Part shown: positions 29,367-42,335 of the stretch, piece after piece | How the letters are laid out: each line of letters begins with the position of its first letter | Position numbering within the stretch: position 1 is the stretch's first letter | Assembly: GCA_951406725.2 (NCBI GenBank) | Contig: OX597825.1 | Coordinates: 74,152,001 to 74,216,000, forward strand | Source: Octopus vulgaris | Lineage: Eukaryota | Length of the DNA: 64,000 nt | Direction: 5' to 3' | The notes under the pieces: model-generated | What the model was told of the DNA's origin: nothing | Seen by the model: the letters and a program-made list of their open reading frames with translations, nothing else | Databases searched by the model: none | Translations under genes and position numbers: made by a program

Positions 29367-29976
29367 TTATATGTTTGCCCAGTTGGTTTCTTTCTCCTAG
29401 GAACTTGTTATCGAAATCGATAATTTTCAGTTTTATAACAAACAATACAATCTTTCCTTTTCCTATTACTTTTTTTTTTCACTTCCAGCGTTCGTAATGT
29501 ATCGCCATATGTTAAGGCGGCAGTGCGAATATGACTATAGAAACTCTAAATTGACTTTTAATGAAGAAACGAAACTGATCTAGAAAAGATAGAGATTTTC
29601 AAGAAAATATATATGGAAGTAGTTTATTGACTTAATGTTTCTTAAGTGTTTTGAAACTTAGACGAAGTTCCATTTGATTTAGCAATAGATAAAATATAGA
29701 TAGTAGTATTATCTACATAAAGGTTCCTTTATAGTTCCATTCTTAATTCGTTATGTTAGGACAGATATCGCAATATTTTAAAAGAGATCGTAGTATATTT
29801 TTGGTGCATCAATTTTAGATATTATTTTGTACTTTGTGTTTATCACGTTTTGGCATTGGTGGAGCAGAATAAAACAATTTCATCATGATGAAGGAATATA
29901 TATATATACATACGTATATACATACATATCAATATTTATGTGTGTGAGTGTGTGTTTATATGGGGACAGAGTGTGA

Positions 29977-30016
<40 letters not shown>

Positions 30017-30159
30017 ACTCTAAGAAACCTAGATATCTATATATCTACCTACCACGCACACAAACACAGATACACACAAGCACACACGCGCGCGTACATT
30101 TATAGGACGGATATCGTAAACGATATCACTTCGAGATTCTTATCTGTCTATCGATTTAT

Positions 30160-30213
<54 letters not shown>

Positions 30214-30423
30214 CAATAGGGTAATAAGAAATTATTATTACCACTGGCATAGCACAAAAACGAATTAGTCATTAGACTATATATTATTCACATAGAAATA
30301 CAAAAGAGACTTCCAAATAGCAAAGCCTTGTGCTAGAAAGAGCAGAAGAAAACTCAAAACCACCAAATAAGGATAAATTCTCGAAAGGAATGAAAATTCA
30401 AAACGTTTACCATCTCAATTATT

Positions 30424-30492
30424 TCCCAGACCATGGTTTCTAACTATTTCCAGCAAAAAAATATTCGCTGAAGGTCAGTTTCATCAGTGGGA
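30424..30492 (-). ncRNA. Type I hammerhead ribozyme motif (near-canonical)
   Basis: Minus strand reads TCCCA-CTGATGA-AACT...TTCAGCGAA..TTGCTGGA...AGTT-A-GAAAC-CATG-GTC-TGGGA. It has a 5-bp stem I, an extended stem II, a palindromic stem III ACCATGGT and a GUC triplet, with one extra A before GAAA. Confidence 0.75.
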
Positions 30493-30563
30493 GAGCCTTT
30501 AGATTTCAAATGTACATACAGCCAGATCCACATGTAAAACTAACTGCCTGTATATTCTAACAT

Positions 30564-30672
30564 TTCAGTCCCACTGCGTGGCACCTTGGGCAAGTGTCTT
30601 CTACTATAGCCTCGGGCCGACCAAGGTCTTGTGAGTGGATTTGGTAAACGGAAACTGAAAGAAGCCCGTGGC

Positions 30673-30709
<37 letters not shown>

Positions 30710-30713
30710 AATA

Positions 30714-30801
<88 letters not shown>

Positions 30802-31230
30802 ATATATATATATACATAGGCGCAGGAGTGGCTGTGTGATAAGTAGCTTGCTTACCAACCACATGGTTCCGGGTTCAGTCTCACTGCGTGGCATCTTGGG
30901 TAAGTGTTTTCTGCTATAGCCCCGGGCCGACCAATGCCTTATGAGTGGATTTGGTAGACGGAAACTGAAAGAAGCCTGTCGTATATATGTATATATATAT
31001 GTGTGTGTGTCTGTGTGTCTGTGTTTGTCCCCCTAGCATTGCTTGACAACCGATGCTGGTGTGTTTACGTCCCCATAACTTAGCGGTTCAGCAACAGAGA
31101 CCGATAGAACAAGTACTGGGCTTACAAAGAATAAGTCCTGGGGTCGATTTGCTCGACTAAAGGCGGTGCTCCAGCATAGCCGCAGTAAAATGGCTGAAAC
31201 AAGTAAAAGAGTAAAGAGTAAAAGAGAGAG
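30564..31230 (+). mobile_element. SINE family A: partial 5' half (30564-30672) followed by a full copy (30819-31230)
   Basis: Family A motifs separated by a (TA)n tract. Confidence 0.88.
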
Positions 31231-31633
31231 AGTAATAGCAGCATCGATAAAAAATGTAGCATTGAAGTATGGTGGTCGATTTAATATAGAAATAGAAATG
31301 TGACAAAAACCGTAGTAATTAGTGATGGATGAAATTTATCATAATTAATGCTGGATGCAGTCGGAATGTTAAGTATATTCAATTATGCTTTGAAGAAAAC
31401 CACGATGGAAGTCAATAGCTAATATTACTTTACTTATGGGGAGAAGTAAGGGAGAAAACTTCAGACATGTTTCAGGTCTCATCTGCAAAGTATATGTGTC
31501 ATAATTAAAGCTGGTTTAAATTTAACATATTTAGTGCAAGATACATTTAGTATGTTAACTAGATACAGTTATAAGACATCCGATATGATTTGGTATCATG
31601 GAAAACTCATCCGTGAAGTATATATATATATAT

Positions 31634-31949
31634 ATCACCGTGATCACCGTGACCGACCAGGCTATCAGATGTTGCTACACATCGCCGGTCACAATGCGCT
31701 TCGCATTGTTTTAGCCTTCAAATGACGCCACCCCGCTGGCCAAGGGAGCAGTCAAACAGAAGCAAGAGTGTGAGAAAGTTGTGGCGAACGATAACAGCAG
31801 GGATCGCCACCACCGCCCCCTACCGGACCCTCGTGGAGCTTTAGGTGTTTTCGCTCAATAAACACTCACAACGCCCGGTCTGGGAATCGAAACTGCGATC
31901 CTACAATGGCGAGTCCGCTGCCCTAACCACTGGGCCATTGCGCTTCCAC
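31634..31949 (-). mobile_element. SINE family C (tail type 3)
   Basis: Same head and body as the other C copies; tail ...ggctaaaacaatgcgaagcgcattgtgacc...ggtcacggtgatcacggtgata. Confidence 0.85.
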
Positions 31950-32573
31950 GTATATATAGACCCACACACACGCACGCACGCACGCAAACACACACATATA
32001 TACGTTTATATACCGATATATGTACTCATATATATATATATATATACATAGATACATACACACACACTTACATACACACCACACATGTATATACGTTTAT
32101 ATACAAATACATGTACTTATATATATATACACATAGATACATACACACACTAACCATCTCACGTTACAGTGCTTTTAGTGGAAGATGCCGTTATGGAATA
32201 TTATCTTTTGAAAGCACTCTTGTAATACGGTAGGCCTTGGTGAAGACTGTGCATTTGCAAAGAAGTTGGAGATAGATTTTCTTGTGTTACTAATTAGATT
32301 ACTAACAACTATACATGTGTGAGAAGCGATTTTATTAATACACATGCTTCCTGTTTGGCTTAATGTAAGGCTTCTATTACCAGTGTGTGTGTGTATGTGC
32401 GTGTTTGTATGTGTGTATTTGTTAGTACTAACATCTAGGGAAATTTACGATGGTGAGTTTAGTGGTTGTATCTAGTTGTAAGTTACCATACCTTGAATGT
32501 GTTAATGAGGTCTTTTATGTACTGTACTGTATGCCAGTTATCATTATTATCAGCAGAAGTAGCTAACACGTCA

Positions 32574-32635
<62 letters not shown>

Positions 32636-32694
32636 GATATATACATACATACATACATGCATACATACATATATATACATATATATATATACGC

Positions 32695-32866
32695 CCACAT
32701 TTTTTCTCTCCTTGTTTCTCTCCTTGATTTTTCTGCGTCCCATTCTGTAGAAGAGCGTAGGCTCGAAATGTAAAAGACTTTTTCTGCTCCTGAGCGTTAT
32801 ACTAATACATCTGCTTGCTTTGTACACCACCTGCCTTCGTCTTATGTATTTTTCGTAAACTCTCCC
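32695..32866 (+). mobile_element. Short repeat with degenerate hammerhead motif, ending at (TA)n
   Basis: ctgtaga-agagc-gtag-gctc-gaaatgta at 32745-32772. Same family as 6301-6480. Confidence 0.7.
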
Positions 32867-32868
32867 TA

Positions 32869-32930
<62 letters not shown>

Positions 32931-33000
32931 TTAAGTAGTAGGTATATAAAAATGGGCAACTTCAGATATTTCTTCGTCGATTGTAAACTCTGATGAACAG

Positions 33001-33560
33001 CCTTATTCGATTTTCGAGCCTTATTGACTTCTCATCAGAGGTGTGTGCATCAATTTCATCAATCCTAGAGAACCAATCAGCCTTTTTGTTTATATACTGA
33101 AAGTTTTCACTTGCTACGGGGAACTGGAGCTAGTAATTTTCATATTTTGTTTTAACACTTTATTCAATACCAGGGGCCTGTCGATGGGGATGTCAGTGAA
33201 CACCGGATCAAGGCGTGATATAATATATGGAACCTATGTAGTTGATAAATAAGAAAGGCTAATTTAGCTATTTCTACATAGATTGAAAAAATGATAAATT
33301 TCCTTAATCGGTTTCCTACTCTTATTGAAATACCTCATAAGAGTTATCTACATCAATCTGAATAATCCCAGAGAAGCAAGCGGCTAATCTGCTTATACAC
33401 TCAGCAATTCAGTAGCTACAAGAGAAACGGAGATGCTAATTTGCAAATTGTAAATGTTAACACTTTATTTAATATCAGAGGCCTCTCTAAGGGGACCTCA
33501 GTTCACAAATAACAAGGTATGATATTATATAAGTAATATATGTGGAAGATACATGAACAA
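33001..33560 (-). repeat. Diverged tandem dimer (~301-bp period), each unit with a hammerhead-like motif
   Basis: Collinear matches include catcaat..aatcc(t/c)agagaa, ttaacactttatt(c/t)aata(c/t)cag(g/a)ggcct and caagg..tgatat. Hammerhead-like motifs lie at 33001-33041 and 33302-33343. Confidence 0.7.
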
Positions 33561-33876
33561 GGCAAAATGAATGTAAGATCCAAGGATCGAAGTGTAGAAA
33601 GAAAGTTAGCTTCGAGCAATCCGTAGAAAATATATATAAAAAAAACAACGTTCAGGAACAATAGTGGTTTATTAAGACAAAAGGTTGTGGAGTATTTTTC
33701 TTTATGGAAGAACTATGTGCAGCAAAAAAGGTTGGTTTTATATTCCACAGCAAGCGACCAGAGTTGCCAATTGCTCGAAAAAGATAACAAGAGTTACGGA
33801 ATGGAGTAGGAAAAATCCGGGCTACATATGAGGTTTCATTCGTTCTGAAACATATATAGCTCGGATTCTTAGATAG

Positions 33877-33937
<61 letters not shown>

Positions 33938-34134
33938 CGTTTTTCTCGGAGAGTTTATGGTAGTAATAGTGCCTTTTGACGTCTATTTTTCAGTGCGTAG
34001 TGAGGCGCAAGCCAAGCCCTTGTTATAATTATGTATATAATTATAAAATACTTATAAAAATTTACCTATGAGGTTTTATTTCCGCACTGACCACTTGGTA
34101 AAAATCATTTATGATTTTACCCTTTATTATTATT

Positions 34135-34151
34135 GTATATACATACATATA

Positions 34152-34187
<36 letters not shown>

Positions 34188-34315
34188 TGTATGTATGTAT
34201 GTATGTATGTATGTATGTATGTATGTATGTATGTATGTATGTATGTATGTATGTATGTATGTATGTATGTATGTATGTATGTATGTATGTATGTATGTGT
34301 GTGTATGTGTGTATG
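34135..34315. repeat. (GTAT)n microsatellite
   Basis: Seen directly. Confidence 0.97.
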
Positions 34316-35596
34316 CGCCTGTGCGTAATTATATGAATTATATGTACGTATGTGTATTTCTTTGTGCTGAGTTGATTTTATTTTCTCCTAATGCATTCAT
34401 AAGAATTCTTATTGGTGAAACTGAATAATGGTGTTTTTATGTAAACAGAGTTCAGCATCGTGTTAATTACTACGCAATTCCGGAGGATTTCCTTGTTTTT
34501 ATGTCTGTTAGGCCCTTCTTATATATTCCTTTTTTCTTTCCCTTCGCATTTATGCAAAAATTACTCTCTTAAAAGGAAGGTATAGACACACACACACACA
34601 CGTGCGCAATCACATGCAAACACACAGGAAATTCTTCATATGCTTTGTGTATGTATGATAGTATTTGTGGACATCGGTCATGTTTCTGCTGAGTCAATAT
34701 CACGCAGTGGCCAGTACTATTGAAAAACTCATTTAATATATATCATTGATGTAAGGACGAGCACAATATAGTTGTCAAATATTATCTGAAAACACGGTGT
34801 AAGTAGTTTAGACGTAGGAGTTTCAAATGAAATCGATGTTGTTTACGTAAAGCTATCATCTTTCATATGAATAATGGTGTGATAGGAATCAATCGAAATA
34901 TTGAACTATATCGGTATATGACAGCCGTTTTAAACACATTTAATCATCGAATTTTTGTTTTAATGTAAAATATCTGTCTTTCTGAACAATCTATAAGGAT
35001 ACCATGTTACTATGTAAGATGTATGTATTGACTTTCAGCCTACGATGATGTCTTTATGCAGTATGTCGTGTTTCCCAGTAATAGCAGCCAAATCCTTCTC
35101 AAAGTCACACCTACATGCTTTAAAACAAAAATTACGAGGTGTGTAGATACGGGATAGTCACGGTTGGGATATCTTGAATCATAAAGATTCATTTAATCAA
35201 GGCATTCATTGAGATAAGCAACAAGTCTATCACACAATCACTGATTAGCACACATATAACATTGGGCCTTAAGTTTTGGCACAAAATAATTTCGGTGGAA
35301 GGATTCACTCCATCTTGCCGACCACAGAGTTCAGCTGGTACTTCTTTTATCGACCCCCGAAGACAGAAAAGGCAAAGTCGACCTGGGCGCAATTTGAACT
35401 CAGAACGTAAAGACAGACAAGAGCAGAGAGATAATATTACAAATGACGTAATTCTCGTTACTGCCAGGACTAAACCAGGCCCGAACAAATCAACATGTCA
35501 TCAAAATCATTCTTGCTGTAATTATTTTTAGGCACAGCATTTCTAGGACTACATTACCTAATGTGTCCTTACTTCTTTTAAAAAGTACATTATATA

Positions 35597-36000
35597 GGCG
35601 CAGGAGTGGCTGTGTGGTAAGTAGCTTGCTAACCAACCACATGGTTCCGGGTTCGGTCCCACTGCGTGGCACATTGGGCAAGTGTCTTCTGCTATAGCCC
35701 CGGGCCGACCAATGCCTTGTGAGTTGATTTGGTAGACGGAAACTGAAAGAAGCCTGTCGTATATATGTATATATATATATATATGTATGTATGTGTGTGT
35801 TTGTGTGTCTGTTTTTTGTCCCCCTAGCATTGCTTGACAACCGATGCTGGTGTGTTTACGTCCCCGTCACTTAGAGGTTCGGCAAAAGAGACCGATAGAA
35901 TAAGTACTGGGCTTACAAAGAATATGTCCCGGGATCGATTTGCTCGACTAAAGGCGGTGCTCCAGCATGGACTGAAACAAGTAAAAGAGTAAAAAAGAGT
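35597..36000 (+). mobile_element. SINE family A, full-length
   Basis: ggcgcaggagtggctgtgtggtaag...aagtaaaagagtaaaaaagag. Confidence 0.9.
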
Positions 36001-36758
36001 ATATTTAAAGGGAGGCTTTCTACTATTTGTCGCTCATCGAAAAGTGATGGAAGCACTCTGAGACTGTCTCAGTTGAATTACAATATAGCTACCAATCTTT
36101 CCTCAAATCGCTTTTTACTGTTTTACCCGAAGGAATGTTATATTGCTCGATGTCGTCTTAAGCATATCAATTTTCAATAAAAATTGGATTGTCATGTCTG
36201 GAACGCCTTTGATTATAAATCTCGATGAGATTTGACCCGGGACTACACAACAACAACCTATATGAAATTAATCAGAACATTTCCTATAAGCTATTGATTC
36301 GATGGTGTCGCTAAAATGTATTGACCGAAGGACAACCAGGACTAGGAATTATACTTCATGAAAAGATCTTTGACCGTGCAATTAATAATATCGGCCGCCT
36401 CAATACTAAGTCCATAATGGATATTGGCCAGTATAGCTGGAAACACATTTCATAAATATGTAATAATATATCATTGAAATAAGGTTGGCTGGCTATAAAG
36501 TTCTGAACTATTATAGGTCAACACGGTGAATGAATGTACTTTATCAGAAGGACATTTTCAAATGAGACACGTGATCAAAGTGGAGTAATCATCTTTCATA
36601 TGAATAGAGATGTGATGAGAATAAATGGATATTTGTAATAAGTCAGTCGTTGGCAATCATTTTAAACATCGTTTAATCATCTGTCTTTTCAATGGAAGAT
36701 ATATATGATACTAAGCTTCTAACAATAAGTACTTTGTAGAATCTCTCTCTCTCTCTTT

Positions 36759-36802
<44 letters not shown>

Positions 36803-36859
36803 ATGTATACATACTTCTGTATGCATATATCTATACATATTTACATATATTTGAATATG

Positions 36860-36902
<43 letters not shown>

Positions 36903-36939
36903 ATATGTATATAAATATGTCTGTACATGCGCATATATA

Positions 36940-37180
36940 GAAGGTGCGTGGCTTCGTGGTTAGGGATGTTCCACTCATAATCGTAAGATTGTGGTGTCGA
37001 TTCCTGTAGAGGGCGATGTGCTGTGTTTGAAAGCAGAACACTTTATTTCATGTTGCTGCAGTCCACTAAGCTCCTACAAATCAATAATCATGCGACGGGC
37101 CGGTGTCCCGGCCAGAGGGAAATATATACGTCACAGAATCCGATAAAGCAGCCTTACGATCCTATGGCTCTGGAAGTACT
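36940..37180 (+). mobile_element. Degenerate tRNA/CORE-type SINE related to families C and D
   Basis: Head gaaggtgcgtggcttcgtggttaggg; acactttatttcatgttgctgcagtccac matches the family D core at about 52409. Confidence 0.55.
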
Positions 37181-37209
37181 TTTCATACATACATACATAA
37201 TACATACAT

Positions 37210-37368
37210 GTAGGAGTGGCTGTGTGGTAAGTAGCTTGTTTACCAACCACATGGTTCCGAGTTCAGTCCCGCTGCGTGGCATCTTGGGCAAGTGTCTTCT
37301 ACTATAGCCTCGGGCCGACCAAAGCCTTGTGAGTGGATTTGGTAGACGGAAACTGAAAGAAGCCCGTC

Positions 37369-37409
<41 letters not shown>

Positions 37410-37635
37410 TATGTGTGCTTCTGTGTCTGTGTTTGTCCCCCTAGCATTGCTTGACAACCGATGCTGGTGTGTTTATATCCCCGTTACTTAGCGGTTCGGC
37501 AAAAAGAGACCGATAGAATAAGTACTGGGCTTACAAAAGAATAAGTCCTGGGGTCGAGTTGCACGATTAAAGGCGGTGCTCCAGCATGGCCGCAGTCAAA
37601 TGACTGAAACAAGTAAAAGATAAAAGATAAAAGAT
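37210..37635 (+). mobile_element. SINE family A, full-length
   Basis: Family A head, core and tail (taaaaga)n. Confidence 0.9.
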
Positions 37636-37668
37636 ATATATATGTATGTATATATACACATATATTGT

Positions 37669-37900
37669 GGGCGGCGAGCTGGCAGAAACGTTAGCGCGCC
37701 GGGCGAAATGCTTAGCGGTATTTCATCTGTCGTTACGTTCTGAGTTCAAATTCCGCCGAGGTCGACTTTGCTTTTCATCCTTTCGGGGTCGATAAATAAA
37801 ATACCAGTTTCGCACGGGGTGGGTTGTAATCGACTTAATCCCTTTGTCTGTCCTTGTTTGTCCCCTCTATGTTTAGCCCCTTGTGGGTAGTAAAGAAAAG
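37669..37900 (+). mobile_element. SINE family B, full-length (tail B1)
   Basis: Matches the 24931 copy throughout. Confidence 0.9.
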
Positions 37901-37967
<67 letters not shown>

Positions 37968-38417
37968 CAGTCATTAAAAAAATTGTTTTAACACACGAAT
38001 CCACCTAAAGTATCTTACAAAACTGATAAAAAGCGAATTATATATATATGTATATATACATATATATATGTGCATATATGTATGCATATATACATATATA
38101 CAAATACATATATACATATAAATATATACATATACATATATACAGACACACACAATCACATATGTATATGTTTGTATATGCACAGGTATGGTGATGTAAA
38201 CAGGAAGAATGGAACTCAAAACTTATGAAGATTTTTTATCAATATTTAGCAGAAGCAACAGAGTGACTCACGGGCTGAGAGTTTCGTACGTCGGTACTTT
38301 AGTGCCAACGCACAAAACTCTTAACTCTATATATACATATACATAATATATATACATGTATAAATATATATATATACATATATATGTATATATATATATA
38401 TATATATATAAATTTAG

Positions 38418-38580
38418 CGTGACGTATATTTGCCATTTGAATATGGCTAACCCCTAAGTGTGTATAGACACAGACAGTGTGTCTATAGCCAGCCGGAGGA
38501 GGTGTCTTCCTGGGGCTACAAACTACAGTAGCATCCACCCTTAGGGGTTAGCCATATTCAAATGGCAAATATACGTCACG
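38418..38580. repeat. 163-bp foldback element with perfect 41-bp inverted arms
   Basis: cgtgacgtatatttgccatttgaatatggctaacccctaag (38418-38458) and its exact reverse complement (38540-38580). Confidence 0.9.
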
Positions 38581-38625
38581 ATGTGTTGCTGCTACTGTTT
38601 ATAACTCGCTCTGAGATTTAACATT

Positions 38626-38662
<37 letters not shown>

Positions 38663-39099
38663 CTAATACACAAAATATAAACGTGTATATATATGTGGAG
38701 AGGGAGAGAATGTGAGAGAGCGAGAGAGAGAGAGAATTCTATAGTTAAGATGGCCGTAATATTTCTAAAATAGTGATGGTGATATAGTGATGGTGGCACC
38801 GGTGATTGTTCCAGATCGTAATTTAACGAGCTGATACATTAATCGAAATCCTTCCAGCTGTGGTCACGTTGTCTCTTTTTTCTTTTCTGTTTTTTTTTTT
38901 TTCACGTATGATGGTGACTGTAACTGAAGCCGTCATCTTCTATATTAAAAATGATGTTATAGAAATAAATGTCTTTATGAATAACACACCGATAAGTCGT
39001 GAACGTTTTACACGTTTCCTTTCGTTTGTTAAGGATACAAAAGGCACAACCTTATTAATCCTGTCACACTAGGACCGTAGCAGATGATACTCTTGATGA

Positions 39100-39735
39100 A
39101 AGAAGAGAAAGGACAGCGGCGGCGACGACCAGGAGGAGTTGGGTGAGGAAAGAAGAAAAAGGATGGGCAGGAGGAGGAGGATGTGGATGTGGAAGAAGGA
39201 GGAAAGATAGAGGAGAAGGAAAGAAAAGACAGAAACGGAAGAAGAGGGAGAAAAGGAAGAAGAGAAAGAAAAGGAAGGAGGGGAAGAAAAGGAAGAAAGT
39301 AAGAAGAGGAAGAAGAAGAAGAGGAAGAGGAAGAAGAAGAAGAAGAAGGATAAGAAGAAAAAGAAGGATTAGAAGAAGAAGGAGAAGAAGAAGAAGGAGG
39401 AGGAGGAGGAGGAGGGGGGGAGGAGGAGGAGGACGACGACGACGACGGCGACGAGTGAAAGGAGGAAATAGGAACGGAAAAGGAAAGAGAAAAGAAATGG
39501 AGTAAGAAGATGAAGAAGTAAAAGTAAAATTAGAAGGAGAGGAAAAGAAAGGAGAAGAAGATGGAGGCGGAAGTTGAAGAAAAAGAAGGAAGAAGTGAAG
39601 GAGAAGAAGAAGAAGTGAGGAGGAACGGAAAGAGCGAAGAAAAGCAGAAAAAGCAGAAGAAAGACAAGAAAAAGAAAGAAAAACAAGAACAAGAAAAATA
39701 TGAAGAAGAGTATTAACAACATAGGAAAGAGCAAA
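39100..39735. repeat. Purine-rich (GAA/GGA) low-complexity tract
   Basis: Seen directly. Confidence 0.9.
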
Positions 39736-40063
39736 ATGACAAAAGCAACAGCAATGACATCAACAGCAGCAACAACATTAACAAGATGGGATTAAGATGA
39801 ACATCATCATCATCAACAACATGAACAACAAGAATAACAACAAAATACGACTAGAAAAGAACGAACTAATGCGGGAGACTTGACCGGGTTCGCTCGCCCT
39901 CCTCAAAATCACATCGCAACCATCTTCACCCTTTGAAGGATGGACATTATCAGTCGGTGTTTCATGAGAGAATATTGGCCATCATCAGTTTTGACGTCTC
40001 AAAAATTGTACATGGATACGGCCATATCCATGTACCTTAAAGGAAAGTGGATATTTTATGGCA

Positions 40064-40275
40064 CTAAGCTGGCAGAATCGTTAGCACGCCATGCAAGGTG
40101 CTTAGAAGAATTTGGTCCGGTTTTACGTTCCGAGCTCAAATTCCGTCGAGGTCGACTTTGCCTGTCATCCCTGTCGGGGCCCATGAAATAAGTACCAGTT
40201 GAGCAGTGGTGTCAATGTAGTTGAATTACCCACTTACTCGAAATTGTTGGCTTTGAGCCAGAATTTGACACCAAC
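40064..40275 (+). mobile_element. SINE family B, diverged (B2-like tail)
   Basis: gctggcagaatcgttagcacgcc...gagctcaaattccgtcgaggtcgactttgcc...aagtaccag. Confidence 0.75.
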
Positions 40276-40681
40276 ATTTCATGGCACTTTTCGACGATGA
40301 AATTGTAAATTTTATTGTGCTAAAACTAACAATTATTGTAATTTTTGTATTTAATTAAAGTGAAAATAAGTATAAAAATTATCCTTAAGATAAAGAGCTA
40401 CTGCTTTTTTCTTTGCCCGTTTGGCATACACATTCGTGTAACCCTCTCGCGCCGTTTAAAGCTTAATAACGAAGGGAAATATCAGAATATGAATTCTTCT
40501 TTATCCTTTAAAATGATCGCGACTAGAACACTTTTGGTTATAGGTGAACCCCGAGTTGATTTGGAGATAAAGAGTATCAACAACTATAAGATAGGAATAA
40601 CGAATAATAATAATAATAACAATAACAATGGTTTAAAATTTTGCAACGTGTGTACTTGGGTGCCTTGGTGTGTGCTTTTTG

Positions 40682-40844
40682 ATTATTTTATTAAAGCCGC
40701 AAACAAACTTCCCTAAACTGTTATTTAGAGTTTCACGAGACCATTCATCTCACAATTGTTGTAATGGCTATTGTCTGATGAATGGTCACGTGAAAATCTG
40801 AGTGACAGTTTTGTGAAGTTTGCTTGCGGCTTTGATAAAATAGT
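40682..40844. repeat. 163-bp imperfect palindrome (~77-bp arms, short loop)
   Basis: ttttattaaagccgcaaacaaactt...accattcatctcacaat pairs with attgtctgatgaatggt...aagtttgcttgcggctttgataaaa. Confidence 0.85.
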
Positions 40845-41263
40845 ATGTGTGTGTGTTTGTGTTGCTTTCAATAATCGACCAATTAGTTAAATAGATTCAA
40901 CTACTTACTATCTTATTTTTATGGCATGTAATTTTATTTATCGTAGTTTATATACAATAATATCATTAATTATAGGTTCCCAGCGGTCTAATCGTCCGTT
41001 GATAGCATATCTGATGGTGTAAAGAAGGCGTGTCAATAATACGGAGTACATTAATTGACTTCGATCTTGAAGTATCAGCCTTTCCGTCCTCTCGAGGGCA
41101 TTTGCGTACACACAAATATTTGATAACTACCTTATTTTATGGACCCTTGCTAGTCAAAAAGTAAAGTAGAACCTGGCGAGACATGAATTTGAACTCGTAA
41201 AGGACAGGAGCTTAATACAACAAGGCATTTTCGTATCACACCGACAAGGCCACATTTAAGCAC

Positions 41264-41300
<37 letters not shown>

Positions 41301-41322
41301 TAAATAAATGGCACAACAAAGT

Positions 41323-41375
<53 letters not shown>

Positions 41376-41779
41376 CATACATACACATATATATATATAT
41401 ATATATATATACACAAACACACACACACACATATATATATATATACATACACATATATAATCGTATACCATGTTATTTAATCCATATATATATACATACA
41501 CACATGCATATATACATATATATAATCGTTTGCCTTGTTATTTAATCCTTAGATGATGTAGTGAATGGTGTTTCCAAAGCAAGAGGCCGAATGGCCAAAC
41601 GGATCGATAGACATTATCACTCATGGCTTGCCTCATGCAGATGTAGAGTGGTGTGAGTGTAGTGAGTAGAGACAAATGGATTCTCACTAATCTCCACAGC
41701 TAATTGTTCAGCATTCTCAACGTTGTATCTATTTAGGCTGATATATCGAGGATATTAACTGATATAGTAAGGTATTACA

Positions 41780-41790
41780 CACACATATAC

Positions 41791-41835
<45 letters not shown>

Positions 41836-41839
41836 AATG

Positions 41840-41932
<93 letters not shown>

Positions 41933-42037
41933 GTATGCATGTATGTATGTATGATTCTATATACATGGTCGTGAGATTGTGTGTAAGTTTGTAAGGATGT
42001 ATGTAAGTTTGTGTGTACATAAATGTGTATATATGAA

Positions 42038-42072
<35 letters not shown>

Positions 42073-42207
42073 GTTTGTATGTATATATATATGTAAATGT
42101 ATATATGTATATGTATATATATGTTTGCATGTATATATGGATATATAAACACACACATTAAGATAAGAGAATGATGTAGTGATATTTAGAGTACTTATAT
42201 GCATATG

Positions 42208-42239
<32 letters not shown>

Positions 42240-42335
42240 TGTATGTATTTATGTGTGTCTGTGTGTTTGTGTTTGTGTGGCTGTGCGTGTGTGTTTGCGT
42301 GTGTTTGTGTGTGAGTGTGTATAAACATATACATA
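41780..42335. repeat. (TA)n/(GTAT)n/(TG)n microsatellite cluster
   Basis: Seen directly. Confidence 0.95.

Noticed and set aside
31462-31487. Additional hammerhead-like fragments (also about 42365-42400, 53750-53772 and 54165-54190)
   Set aside because: The core is mutated and stem II or stem I is missing, so they cannot be told from chance.
33043-33252. 69-aa ORF as one unit of a ~100-aa repeated protein domain (e.g. cadherin)
   Set aside because: The second unit has stops in the equivalent frame and no domain motifs are recognisable. The shared feature is the hammerhead-like motif.
39143-39505. Arg/Lys-rich protamine-like 120-aa ORF
   Set aside because: It has a GTG start and lies in a purine-only low-complexity tract that continues past the stop, so composition alone explains it.
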